This document shows positions 53,404-64,000 of a stretch of DNA of 64,000 nt, one piece after another. The DNA is from Phaeosaccion multiseriatum. Its lineage: Eukaryota; Protista; Ochrophyta, other classes. The first letter of the stretch is position 1. Each line of letters begins with the position of its first letter. Both the position numbers and the translations under genes were made by a program. The notes below the pieces were generated by a model. The model did not search any database. It was not told the origin of the DNA and was given only the letters and a program-made list of their open reading frames with translations. Where the stretch lies: NCBI GenBank assembly GCA_965112735.1, contig OZ218958.1, forward strand, positions 682,001 through 746,000, given 5' to 3'.

Positions 53404-53961
53404 TACATATACACGTTCTCTATCCACAACAGCCTGGAGACGACGTTCCAGCAAATAAAGAACGCGACAGGGCTGGTACAAGCGGACGCCATCATCGCCC
53501 GGTACCAGTCCAGAGCGAGCAAGAACCAGCAACTGCACCAGATAGCAGAGGACATTCGCCAGCGGATAGAAGCCCTCCGCAAGGACAATCAGCAGCAGCG
53601 CCAGTTGCTGGAGGGACTGGGGGCTGTTTCGGAGGCCAACTCGGGCAACAGGGAGATGTATCAGGAGGTGGACCTCATTGATGTTGCGCTCAACTCAGGT
53701 AAGAACACATGTGACAAGATAACACGAGGGAAGATAAGACAGGCAAAGAGAAGACAAGACATGAGAAGACAAGCGCCGGAGGGTGTCCCCCCTCACCCCT
53801 GCAGTCATTCACGTGGCTGGCTGGCTGGCTGGCTGACTGACTGACTGACTGACTGACTGACTGACTGACTGACTGACTGGCTGACTGACTGACTGGCGTA
53901 AAACCCCTACACTCCCTTCTATCTCACTCTGTTCGCTACACAAACACACATACCCGCACAT

Positions 53962-54055
<94 letters not shown>

Positions 54056-55007
54056 AGCGCGTAAGCAAGGAGAAGACAGTAGAGAGCGGGCCAATCGCTG
54101 CAGTGTAACGGTGGACCGTATGCGTGAGGCCCTCGCTCGCTTCATGTCCAAGGTGGACGCCAAGCCTCACGCTCCCGTGAGCGACGAGAAGCTGCCTGAG
54201 ACGTTCGCACAGCTCGACAATAAGATTAGCCATATTTTGAAGAACGTTAACGCTGCTCTCATTAAGGACGATCGACCTCGCGGGGGAGGAGCAGGCGGAG
54301 CGGGATCGGCAGGGGCGGGAGGGCAGGCCGCTGGTGGCGCTGGAGGAAGCGGAGGAGGAGGAGCAGGAGGGGCGGGAGGAGGAGGAGGAGGAGGAGGAGG
54401 AGGAGGAGGAGGGGGTGATGGAAGTGGTGCAGGTACAAGCGGAAAGGAGGCGAACAAGATGGACAGGGCCAATGTGAGTCGTGTGTTGTACTACAACATG
54501 ATGAATGCGCGGCTCGACACCACTCCGAACAACATTCGGGTCACGCCTCGGAAAGCAGTGGACGACGACAAGAGCAAGAGGAAGATCTTACTCGGGGCGG
54601 AGTACCACAGCGATGGTGATGACGATGACGAAGGCACGGAGACCAACTCGTATGCTCCTGTCGGTGGTGGAGGAGGAGGAGGAGGGGGGGGGGGGGGAGG
54701 AGGAGGAGGAGCAGGAGGGGGTGGAGGAGGGGGTGGTGGTGGTGGTGGTGGCGGAGGAGGAGGAGGGGCAGGAGGGAGCGGAGGGGGCGCCGCCGGCGGA
54801 GGCGGGGGTGGGGGGGCGGGTGGCGAAGGAGGTGGTGGGGGTGGGGGAGGAGAGGAGGGGCGCAAGGAGAAGGAGTCATTGGCCCACTCCGCAGCGGTGG
54901 ATCCATACGTCAACCGGGAAACCATTAAGAAGCTGTCGAGTCTCATCCTGGGCCGGGATGTCAAGACACGAAACACACGAAAGCGGCGGGCAAGAAGAGA
55001 CGACTGA
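51138..55007 (+). CDS. Long coiled-coil protein resembling flagellar outer-dynein-arm docking complex subunits (CCDC151/CCDC114-like)
   Basis: Coiled-coil exons at ~51609-51766, 52002-52457, 52754-52851, 53433-53698 and 54058-55007. LETTFQQIKNATGLVQADAIIARY resembles the AFxKIKxATGxxDxxExVxRF motif of ODA-DC proteins. A Gly-rich insert lies near the C-terminus. Confidence 0.6.
52852..53155. repeat. (GAGT)n microsatellite, ~300 bp, starting at a splice donor
   Basis: AG|GTGAGTGAGTAAGTGAGTGAGT... Confidence 0.95.
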
Positions 55008-55538
55008 TGATGTCGATGAGGACAGTAAAGTAATCAGAACGACTCAAGGCACTTTCGTAACCGTAGAACAAAAACTATTTTCCTTTTGTTGGATATTGGA
55101 GACAAATTGTTTAGCATCGTAATGACTTTATTTCTCTTTCCTTCATTGTGAGTGAGTGGCGAAGACTGAGACTGTGCAACGAGCGAACATGTCCCACGGG
55201 TGGAGATCCCCTCTGCTTGGCTCATGGACATGGAAACTATAGGAAACAAAAAAGAAGAAAGAAAGAAACAAAAAAGGAGTGGGGCTCAAATGCCATACAA
55301 ATGTGCACGTACCAGAGAGAGAGAGAGAGAGAGAGAGCCGAGGGATAAATATGTTGACTTATAAGAATCAACCTAAGAATTACGTTTGTGTGTGTATGTG
55401 TGTGTCGAGGGACGACATCAGCTTTTTTTTTTTTTTTACACTGTGAAGAACAAGCAGGCGCTGTGTACATCCCCCACTCTGGGGGGTCAGGCGATCGTTA
55501 TACTCCTCCTCTTGCTCCTGGGGGTTGGCATCTGGCAC

Positions 55539-56468
55539 TCACACCCCGGGGGGTTTGGTCATGCACCGTGTGGCCTGCGGGTCGCACCCGTCGTACACGC
55601 CGAACTCGGGGTGAGACGTGGCAAAACCGCCCGTCACGCACGTACACCGCTTCTTGCTCTCGCTGCCGCCCCCCACCAGGTCTGGGGGCAGCAATCGCGG
55701 CACCCTCTCCACGCTCTTGCCTCCCTCCTTGTCCTCCTCAGGAGTGGTGCACCAGACAAAGCCGCCCTCCTCGGAGGACCAGCGGCTGTTGCACTTGGGG
55801 TACTGCTTGAGTGCTTCCTTGCTGCGCTCGGCCTCCCTCTGGCCCTCCTTGGCGCAGTCTTTGAAGCGTTGGAGAGGCTCCAGTGGCGTGGCACGTCGTC
55901 CCCCCTTGTCGCCCCAGAACCTTCCTTCCAGTAGCCCCACCTGCGGGTACTTGGGGTCCTTCTGATAGAAGTCAAGCCAGTCCTGCAGGGCGAGGCATTC
56001 CCTGGGCTTAAGCCCCTCCAAGTCGTCCGTGAGTCCCGCCGGGGTAAAGTCCCCGGACACAAAGGCCCGCGAGGCATCTCTGCCCACAAAGCCGCTATAG
56101 GACTGACCAGGCCCGTAGTGTTTGGCGCCGCTGGTCACATCGAACACGTGTCCCACCAGCACGAGCAGCAGCGTGCCCTTGGCCGCGTCCTCCTCCATCC
56201 TCTCCGCCGAGAACAGCGTGCCGTGCTGCCCCATGAGGCTCGCCACAGTCTCCGTCACCGAGCCCCACCCGGCCTTCAGGAAGGAAAAGCATTGCTCGAG
56301 CTGTCCCTGCTTCTGCAGGTGGGCCAGCGAGTACACTAGAGCGAGTCCCAGAGCAGGGAGAAGAAGAAGAACAAACCACCGCAGGACGGAGCTGTCTTGC
56401 TCCTCCTTGCGTGCGGGGGTGGCCGCTGTTTCGTCTCCTTCTGTCGCAGCAGTCTGGCGCCTTCGCAT
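55539..56468 (-). CDS. CYB5D2: Neuferricin-like membrane-associated cytochrome b5 heme/steroid-binding protein (MAPR family), intronless
   Basis: N-terminal TM; LLVLVGHVFDVTSGAKHYGPGQSYSGFVGRDASRAFVSGDF; WLDFYQKDPKYPQVGLLEGRF; Cys-rich tail PKCNSRWSSEEGGFVWC...RCTC. Confidence 0.92.
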   Translation of the reverse strand: MRRRQTAATEGDETAATPARKEEQDSSVLRWFVLLLLPALGLALVYSLAHLQKQGQLEQCFSFLKAGWGSVTETVASLMGQHGTLFSAERMEEDAAKGTLLLVLVGHVFDVTSGAKHYGPGQSYSGFVGRDASRAFVSGDFTPAGLTDDLEGLKPRECLALQDWLDFYQKDPKYPQVGLLEGRFWGDKGGRRATPLEPLQRFKDCAKEGQREAERSKEALKQYPKCNSRWSSEEGGFVWCTTPEEDKEGGKSVERVPRLLPPDLVGGGSESKKRCTCVTGGFATSHPEFGVYDGCDPQATRCMTKPPGV

Positions 56469-56668
56469 CGTGGAGCTGTCCCGCTGCTCCTACCGCAGGG
56501 AGAAAAGAGAGAGGAGGTGTCCTTCCCTCCCCACCTGTTGCTGCCGCTTCTGGAGTTGTGATGGTTGGGAAGTTCGAGAGTTAGGGGAGGTGCACGTATT
56601 GGTGCTCCAGACTCACAGCGGCGACTAGCCTCACGACGGGACATGCAGCTGTCGACGGATTTCGAAGA

Positions 56669-57800
56669 ATGAAAAAAGTCATCAGCTTTACCATTCTCGC
56701 CCTACTGCAGATCTTCGTCTGCAATGCATTCACGCAGCCCGTGCTCCGGCCAGCCAGGACAAGAGAGGAAGGCTTCCTTCAAAGGGTAAGTGGGGGGGTC
56801 CTCGATTTTTTTCAAGTGAACCAACCCGCGGCGGCTGCTCCCGTATTTCTCACCGTATGGGCTTGCCTGACCTGATCCTTTCCCCTTCTCTAGTATTTTT
56901 ACAAGTCCCCCTTCTCGTGTGGTGCCTGTCTCCCTCACTTGTCCCTGAAGACACTGGCGAAGGAGTTGATGAACCCCCTGAACATCGATCCCAGGCGGTT
57001 CATCATCGCGGAGGGAGACAACAAGGAGATCCTCGGATTTGGACAGGTGCGTGGGTGCGTGTGTGACAAACGCCGTTTTAAAGAAGATCGCGAGCAAGCT
57101 TTGCCAACCAATGCCTGCATGTGTATTCATTCCTGAGTGAGTATGTCCTGTGTCGTTTGTATCGCTCGTCCACGCCTGCTCCTCAGGTCCGCCCCCTGCC
57201 TCAAGTGCGAGCCTACGAGCTGTCCTCCCTCTTTGTCGTGGATAAGGCTCGGGGGCGTGGGGTGGGCTCGGCTATCGTGAACAAGCTCATCGATCAGCTC
57301 CCTACAGATGAGCGGAAGAACATTTACCTTCTCACGCTGGAGAAGACCACAGGTGAGGTCTTTCCCCCCCGTGAAGCTGTAGGCAGAGAGAGAGAGAGAG
57401 GGAGGGAGAAATAGAAAGAGAGAGACAGAGCGAGACGGAGAGAGAGAAAGGGGGCGAGATTGACAGAGAAAGCAATGGAGAGAGAAAGATATGGTGAGGC
57501 AGTGTCCTTCGTGAATGTTCCTTCCATACCTGAACCCGGGATTGGTGGAGTATCCTTCTCGCTCGCGTAAGGCCCGTTCGACTTACCCTCCCTTCCCCTC
57601 CCCTCCCCACCCTCTCCTGGGCCTCACACACAGACTTCTACACGAAGTTAGGTTTTTCCGTGATTGGGACCCCCAAGGACAAAGATGCCATTCCAGACCC
57701 GCTTAGGGTGGAGATGGTGGCAGGGTCGGCATTGCAGTCGCTCTTTGGAAATACCCTGGTGTGTATGCAGTTTGGTGCCGGGGGCAAGGGGAAGCGCTAA
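56669..57800 (+). CDS. GNAT-family N-acetyltransferase with a putative plastid presequence (4 exons)
   Basis: Signal peptide ending CNA-FT; ELMNPLNIDPRRFIIA, ILGFGQVR, ELSSLFVVDKARGRGVGSAIV (acetyl-CoA motif A), IYLLT and FYTKLGF; stop TAA at 57798-57800. Confidence 0.88.
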
Positions 57801-59250
57801 TCAGCATCGATGAGGGCAGCAAAGAAAGGCGGAGGCGGCGGAAGGGAAGAGGAGGAGGTTGAGGAACGAGAGGAGGAGGAGGAGGAGGAGGAGGAGGAGG
57901 AGGAGGCTGCTGAGGAAGAGGAGAAGAATCAAGGGGTGGACGTTGAGGTGGAGGAGGACTTCCAAAGGGATGACCACAAAGGGGAGGACGCGCCCTTGCC
58001 TTGACGCCTTGATTGAAGATGGGGCATCTTGTCTCGGGTACTGAGGAGAAGCGAAAAAAGAAACGTCACTCCCTTTGGAAGGGTGTGACTTGAAACTGAT
58101 CTCTATTGGACGCTTAGGCGCTTGTAGTCACAGGGCAGGAAGGTCCCTGGGTGGGGGGGGGGCGAGAGGTGAGCGCTACGCAAGAAGGGCTACGTCCACC
58201 TTGACCCCCTGTACACCCCCGAGGGGCAAGAGGGCACGGAGCAGCTCTGCAGCTCCCCTGAAGGGAGGGTGGAGCATCTGCTGCTTCAGTGCCGTTGGTT
58301 CAGGGGGGGATGGTTCTGGTTCACAGCTGGCGCACCACATACAGCGATCGATGCACGGCAGAGCCCCAACGCGGCACCCCACCTCTGGTACACCTCTAGC
58401 CCATCGATATCGGCGCTCGATATTGGTCGGGGTCAATACTCTGAAGCTGAAACTGAAGCCTGTTGTCTGATCGTCGCCTTGTACCCAAGTCAAGTCCATG
58501 AGGGAGGGAGGGAGGTCTTACGTAGGTCTAGCGGGGTATACGGAGGGCTGACGGAAGGCCTCAGGCCTCTGTGAGGGGGTGGTGCGGCACAGGCATGGCC
58601 ACAGCTCCAGCCCCGTCGTCACGACGATTGTCTTCATTTAGGAGGATTGGCAGAGCTCTGCCATTTAATTTATGTAAAATCCATTCTTTGATCACAATCA
58701 CAGTGAAATGTGTCAGCAAGACCACACCAGTGCTTGGCTGGAATGAAGTCCTCCTTTCTAGTTATCCGCACTGGTGACGAGGAAGGGAGGGGTGCCTTTC
58801 AGGTACCCACACACGCACACCTCCTTTCTTCCTCACCCTATCCGCCTGTGCCATGGCGCACATGGCGCACACGTAGACACGCACGCACACACGCAGGCAT
58901 TGTCCGCACGGCAAGCGTCTCCCCAATACTCAGTGCGCTGACGCCTTCCCTGAGCATTGCATGGGCCAAGGCTCTCTGCTCGGCCCTGTGGTAGCGTCAC
59001 CCCCCCGTCCCTCCCCTCCTCCGCGCTCACGTCGTCTTGTCTTATCCTCCCTCTTTCTTCGGCGCTCCTCCTTGCATCTCTGGAATGGTACGTGTCTCCT
59101 TTCGGGCGGCATGTGCCGTGCCTCTGTCCTCCTCCTCCTCCTCCTCCTCCTCCTCCTCCTCCTCCTCCTCCTCCTCCTCTTGCTCCTCCTTCTTTTCTTC
59201 GATGCTTGCTATCGTCCGTCCCCAAGTACTTTATCACCGCCCAGAGCACA

Positions 59251-60374
59251 CTACTGATTGGCGAAGTAGACACCGGCGGCAATGGTGGCTGCGAATCCCG
59301 CAAATGACCAGAACAGAATGGGCCCGTCGCCTCCATCCAGGGTCACGCCCACCTTGTCGCCCACCTAAGAGTGAGGCATATGGGCAGCAGAGAGAGAGAG
59401 GGGGGGGGGGGCGCGTGTACAGGTGTTCGAAGGTGTTGAGAGCTCTGACGTGCAAAGAGGATAGGGGGTTAGTTGCCCACATCCTTCGCAAAGGAGGAGC
59501 ACCTTGCTGAAGTGAGCGTCAGAAGCTGATTGATTGGGTCACCTGCTTATCACCTGATGCACTGCACTCTCTCCCCAAGGGGGCTGCATTGGGTAGTCCC
59601 TCCCTTCCTCCCCTCCTCCCTTCCCTCCCCCCCCCTCCTCTCCCCGTAGGTCTCCTCCACTCCCTGAAGGGCTGTGTGTGTGGTCCCACTCTCCCTCCCT
59701 CTTCCCGTGTGCCTCCACTCCCTGAGGCGCTGTGTGTCCCTCCCTCCCTCCCTCCCTTCCTCCGTCCTCCCTCCCTCCCTTCCTTCCTCCCTTCCTCCCT
59801 CCCTCTATCCCTCCCTCCGCCCCCTCCCTCCCTCACCCTGTGTGCCTCTACCCACCCACCTTCTTGGCGTATCTGCGGCGAGGGCCTCTGCACTGCGGGC
59901 AGATGAAGCCCTTGGGTTGGTCCTCGAACTTTATGCCACCGCACTCGCCCTGTGGGAGGCGTCACACACACACACACACACGCACACACAGTGAGCACAC
60001 AGAGTGGAAGGCTGAAGGCTGCAGCCTTTCCGGTGGCGTGTGGCAGGGGTGGTGTGTGGCAACAAAACTCTCTCCCTCCCGCTCTCTCTCTCTCTCCTTC
60101 TCTCCCAGTCGGCACACACCTCGTCGTAGATGTATCCGCAGTCCGCGCACACCCAGTCCCCCTCCCAGTACTCCGCCGTGCTGCGAAGCCTGCTGCTTGT
60201 GGGCCGCGCCAGCCCCCCCGCAGGCCTAAGCGGCGATGATGATGGAGCTGTGCGAGAGGCGAGGCCCTTCTTGGCGCTGCTCAAGAGGGGAGAGGAGGAG
60301 ATGGAGGGGGAGGGAACGAAGGCGTGGCTCACGGCGGCCAGCAGGGCAAGAGCGAAGAGCACGAGAAGCTTCAT
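59251..60374 (-). CDS. Plastid rubredoxin-like protein with a C-terminal TM anchor (3 exons)
   Basis: Signal peptide ending SHA-FVP plus an S/R-rich transit peptide; WVCADCGYIYD...FEDQPKGFICPQC; last exon VGDKVGVTLDGGDGPILFWSFAGFAATIAAGVYFANQ*. Confidence 0.88.
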
Positions 60375-60929
60375 GGCTGAGCTGGTGGCGGCGTGTTACT
60401 GAATCTGTCGAGATGGGGCAGAGTCGATGAGGGGTGACGGTGCATGTTAATACGTCAGGTTCGGGGTATCGGTGCATGTTCGCCAGCCACACAACCCCCT
60501 CGCCAATAGAATCCGGAGGGAGGGGGAATGGGAGAAAGGAGAAAGGCGTAGGCAGGGGTGGCTTGGACATGTGCGAGAATAGCAGGGAAGGGAGAGGGGA
60601 GAGGGAGGGAGGCGAGGTACCAGGCGAGAGGTTGAAGGGAGAGGAAAAAGTTCTAACGGGATGCGGAGAACAGGGAGGGATCAGCTGGGGTGGACCCGTC
60701 GCCAGACATCACTCCTTCCAACCTAACTATCCTCTGCGCTGTTCTCACCTGTATTTTTGGTTTTTGACTGGCCGCTCTTTTGGTGTGTGAAATCGGTGCA
60801 GGGTGCGGAGTACGAAACTGAAACTGAAATCCCGTTACGATTATTTTTTATTTTTCACGTCTTCCCCCTCTTTGTCCGCAGCTACTTAAAGCCCCCCCGA
60901 GAGAAAAGTTACAGGCAAGAGCGAGTAAG

Positions 60930-63900
60930 ATGGAGAGGGATAAGAAGGCTCTCAATGCCTTCTGCAGAGTGACGAAGGCCGATGAATGGAGCAGTCACGC
61001 GCAGGTACGGGACGCCAGAAAAGGGGTGTCGGCGGATGGCATGCCTAGCAGCTGCGAATGGAACGAAATTATCTTTCATGCCTCTCCCCTGACTTCCCTT
61101 CCTTGCGCCGTCTCTTGTGTGCTGTGGAAGGTGGGGTGGGTGACGAGAGTGAAGACGGTGCAGGACAACCGACCCGTGCTGCTGAGCGGCGACGAGAGGA
61201 CGAATAGGTGCGAGAGGAATGCAAAGGGAGGCGGGCTGAGGCCCTCCCCAGACAAGAATGTCTGTCCATCAGAGCTCAGAGTGGTGCTACTGCCTACTTT
61301 TCTCTCTCAGTGTGAATAAGCTAAGGCACCAACAACACTTCACTGCCTACTTACTCTCTCAGCAGACCCCACTGATCTGCAGTCAACACCCCCGTGTCCT
61401 ACTCAGCCAAATACCTAAAACCACACTCCATACCACTGTCCCCTCAGATTCCCGCGAGCTGGATCCCGCCAATTCGCCCAGACTTTGAAGGGAAGGAGGA
61501 GCCCGAGTCTCGATTCCGCAGACAGCGATTTCAAGGGGCAAGGCACTGGTCACGTTCACAGGAGCAGCAGCGGGAAAGTCTTCGCTTCCGGCACCCGGCC
61601 ACCTCTGAGCCTTGCCGTTACAGTGGGAGGTCGACTTGATAGCCGCATCAACAGCAGCGGCGGCGTCAACCGCAGTGGCAGCAACAGCAGCGGTAGCGCC
61701 CAACGAAGCAACGCCGCAAGCCTAACTCGCCGGCAAAGCGAGAGCCGACTGGGCATGGGCAGGCCGACAGGGGGAAGGCAGCCTTTGGGCGCTGCCATGT
61801 CCAAGTCTCGGGTGAGCAGTCCAGTTGGTGTCAGGACTCGCTCAGCCTCCGTGTCCCGGGGTGGAGGTGGTGGTGTGGGGCTGTACAACGGTTTCACGCC
61901 CATCTCTGAGCACCAACAGCGCCGCTTGAGCTTCCTCGCCGCGGGGGAAGACGGAAGCATTGCTGGTGGCGGCTGGGATGACGAGGACCAAGAGAACAGT
62001 GAGAATGCGGTGAACGACTCAGTGTCCGCTTGGTATGGCGTCAGCGTGGGCAAGGCGGGGAAAGACGAGGAAGGCAGAGTCACCAAGCTGCGTCTGGGCG
62101 GGGTGGGACTATCAGGTATCACGAGACCGCGAGAGTCACAGGAGCCGGGGCTGGGGCTGGGGCAGACACGACGAGAAGCTTTCCTTTACACCCTGGCTGG
62201 GCTCACCATTCCCTGGCGTCTTTTCCTCTGTCCATACGCGGCACCCCCCCCCCCCCCCCCATCCGCTTGACCCTGCTGCTACTCTCCTCTGTCCCCTCCG
62301 CCGCTGCCGTGCCTGCGCCCCTCCTCCCCTCCTGTCCGCCTCTCGACCAATGCCCCCGGAACGCACGCACACACATACCGTACACCCACACGCGCGCACA
62401 CACACACACACGCGCGCATACACCCACTCAACCACACACAAACACACACAGGGCCTATTCCTGCGGTGTTGGCCGAGCTCACCTTCCTCAGTGAGCTGTA
62501 CATGTACAAGAATGCCCTTTCTGGGCCCATTCCCCCCGATCTCTGCGCCATGCCGTCACTGCAGCTCCTCTACGTGGAGGGGAATCAGCTGTCGGGTTAG
62601 TGCGTGGGGCTATGGCCAGTGTGTCGTAGAGTTGTATACTCTTGTCACTTTAACGGCCTATCGGGCCGTCTCTTCCTTCCTCTGTCTCTCTCTCTCCCTC
62701 CCTCTCTCTCACACCCTCTCTCCTTCTCTCCCTCCCTCCCTCCCTCCCTCTCTTCCTCCCTCTCTCAGGGTCAATTCCAAGGAACATCAACTCCCTTCGC
62801 AAGCTCCGAGAGATCAATGTCAGCCACAACGAACTCGATGGTAAGGATGCTTACAGTCTGTCTGCAAAGTGTGTGGAGGCGTCGGTTACATGTGGTCTGT
62901 CTGTACAGTGGGCCAAGTGCATCGTTTGCGTGGGTGACACTCACTCCTTGCGAATGCACTTGAGGGACGCCATCTACTGCCATCTGTAGAACGATGATGC
63001 AAGCGTGAAGGCTCGTGCTGGCCTATCTTAGGGGTGATGTGTGCCCACTGCTCCCAGCTGAAACGCAAACTCCCCCCTGGGTGTCTCCGTGCCTGTCAGG
63101 TCCCATCCCAGAGGAGCTGGGAGACTGTTCGGAGCTGCGTCGGCTCGATCTCAGCCACAACACGTTCGAGGGTACGTAAGGTTACAAAAAGAATAGTTTC
63201 GAGGGAGGCTCTCCCTTGGTCATGCCACACGCCCCCCCACCCCCCAACCAGCACTGTCCGTCGCTGCTGCCGAAGGACGGAAGCCTACAGACAACCTACA
63301 CTACTCACATCGCTGCATCACCAACTGCTGCTGCTGCTGCTGCTGCGGCTGCGGCTTTCGAGCTCCGCGGCCTGCCACCCCCCTGCTCCCTCTGACGCCC
63401 GCACACATGCTGTGGACTGCCCCCGCCACGCTGGCGCTCTCCACTCACCCGTCTCCCCTCTTCCCCAGGCCACCTTCCGACGAAGTTAGGCCTTCTATCC
63501 AAAGTCAACTTCTTCTCCTTGGGAGCGAATCAGCTTTCAGGTGTGACGGTGTGTGTAGTGAAAGTAGCAATGCCTTGGTATGTATGTGTTTGTGTCGGCT
63601 TTGTGGTGTGTATGCATACGTGTGGCCGTGCTCGTGTATATCCGCATGTGCGTGTGTGTATGCGTCTGTGTGGCTCTCTCTCTCGGCGTGTGTGTGTGTG
63701 TGTGTGCGTACGTGTGTGCTGTGTGTGTGTGTGTGTGTGTGCGTGTGGGTGTGCACCCTCATGTCTGCGCCAGGGGCCCTTGATGCGTCAGTACAGTCGC
63801 AGAGGCACTTCGAAGCAGCATGTCTCATGTCTCATTCTGCCACTGTGGCCTTTCCTGCTCCTCCTCCCGCTGCTGCCGGACCCTGGTTACGGTTTCAGGC

Positions 63901-64000
63901 CCCATTCCGGCGTCCTTCGGAGGGCTCAAAAGCGCCACCTTTATCCTGCTGCAAGATAACAAGCTTTCAGGTCAGGGGAGTGTAAGGAGGCATCGTTTCT
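60930..64000 (+). CDS. Leucine-rich-repeat protein (plant/brown-alga-type 24-aa LRRs), 3'-truncated by the window edge
   Basis: N-cap DKKALNAFCRVT..W..GW / SAWYGV..GRVTKLRL. LRR exons 62452-62595 (144 nt) and 62769-62840, 63100-63171, 63469-63540, 63899-63970 (72 nt each), consensus LxxLxLxxNxLSGxIP. Confidence 0.9.

Noticed and set aside
57810-59250. Small ORFs between the GNAT and rubredoxin genes (57810-58004, 58176-58499)
   Set aside because: No recognisable domain or consistent splice model; probably UTR or intergenic.

Overview
This is eukaryotic nuclear DNA, most likely from a flagellated ochrophyte (photosynthetic stramenopile). Evidence: GT-AG introns packed with microsatellites, bipartite signal-peptide + 'A-F' plastid presequences, and brown-alga-style LRR genes with 72-nt exons. 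By splicing exons manually I find about 14 protein genes: an EDR2-C/DUF1336 protein, an intronless ankyrin-like gene, PHYHD1-like dioxygenase, ZW10, a SUN-domain protein, a thylakoid FKBP, a guanylate-binding protein, a fatty acyl-AMP ligase-ACP fusion, a LisH-cystathionine beta-lyase fusion, an ODA-docking-type coiled-coil protein, neuferricin, a plastid GNAT, a plastid rubredoxin and an LRR protein. There is also a frameshifted FNIP-repeat relic. Five gene pairs are head-to-head with short spacers. The most notable items are: (1) the LisH/NLS-like module spliced onto cystathionine beta-lyase, divergent from a FAAL-ACP with a Cys-rich tail; (2) a polarised intron 'grammar', with iterated donor motifs at 5' ends, iterated branch-like motifs at 3' ends, a recurrent oriented 15-mer, and tandem repeats copied from splice junctions or a stop codon; (3) a CC-CaaX tail on the GBP. 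Most long ORFs in the supplied track are microsatellite artefacts. All gene models are manual and unverified by transcripts or database searches.
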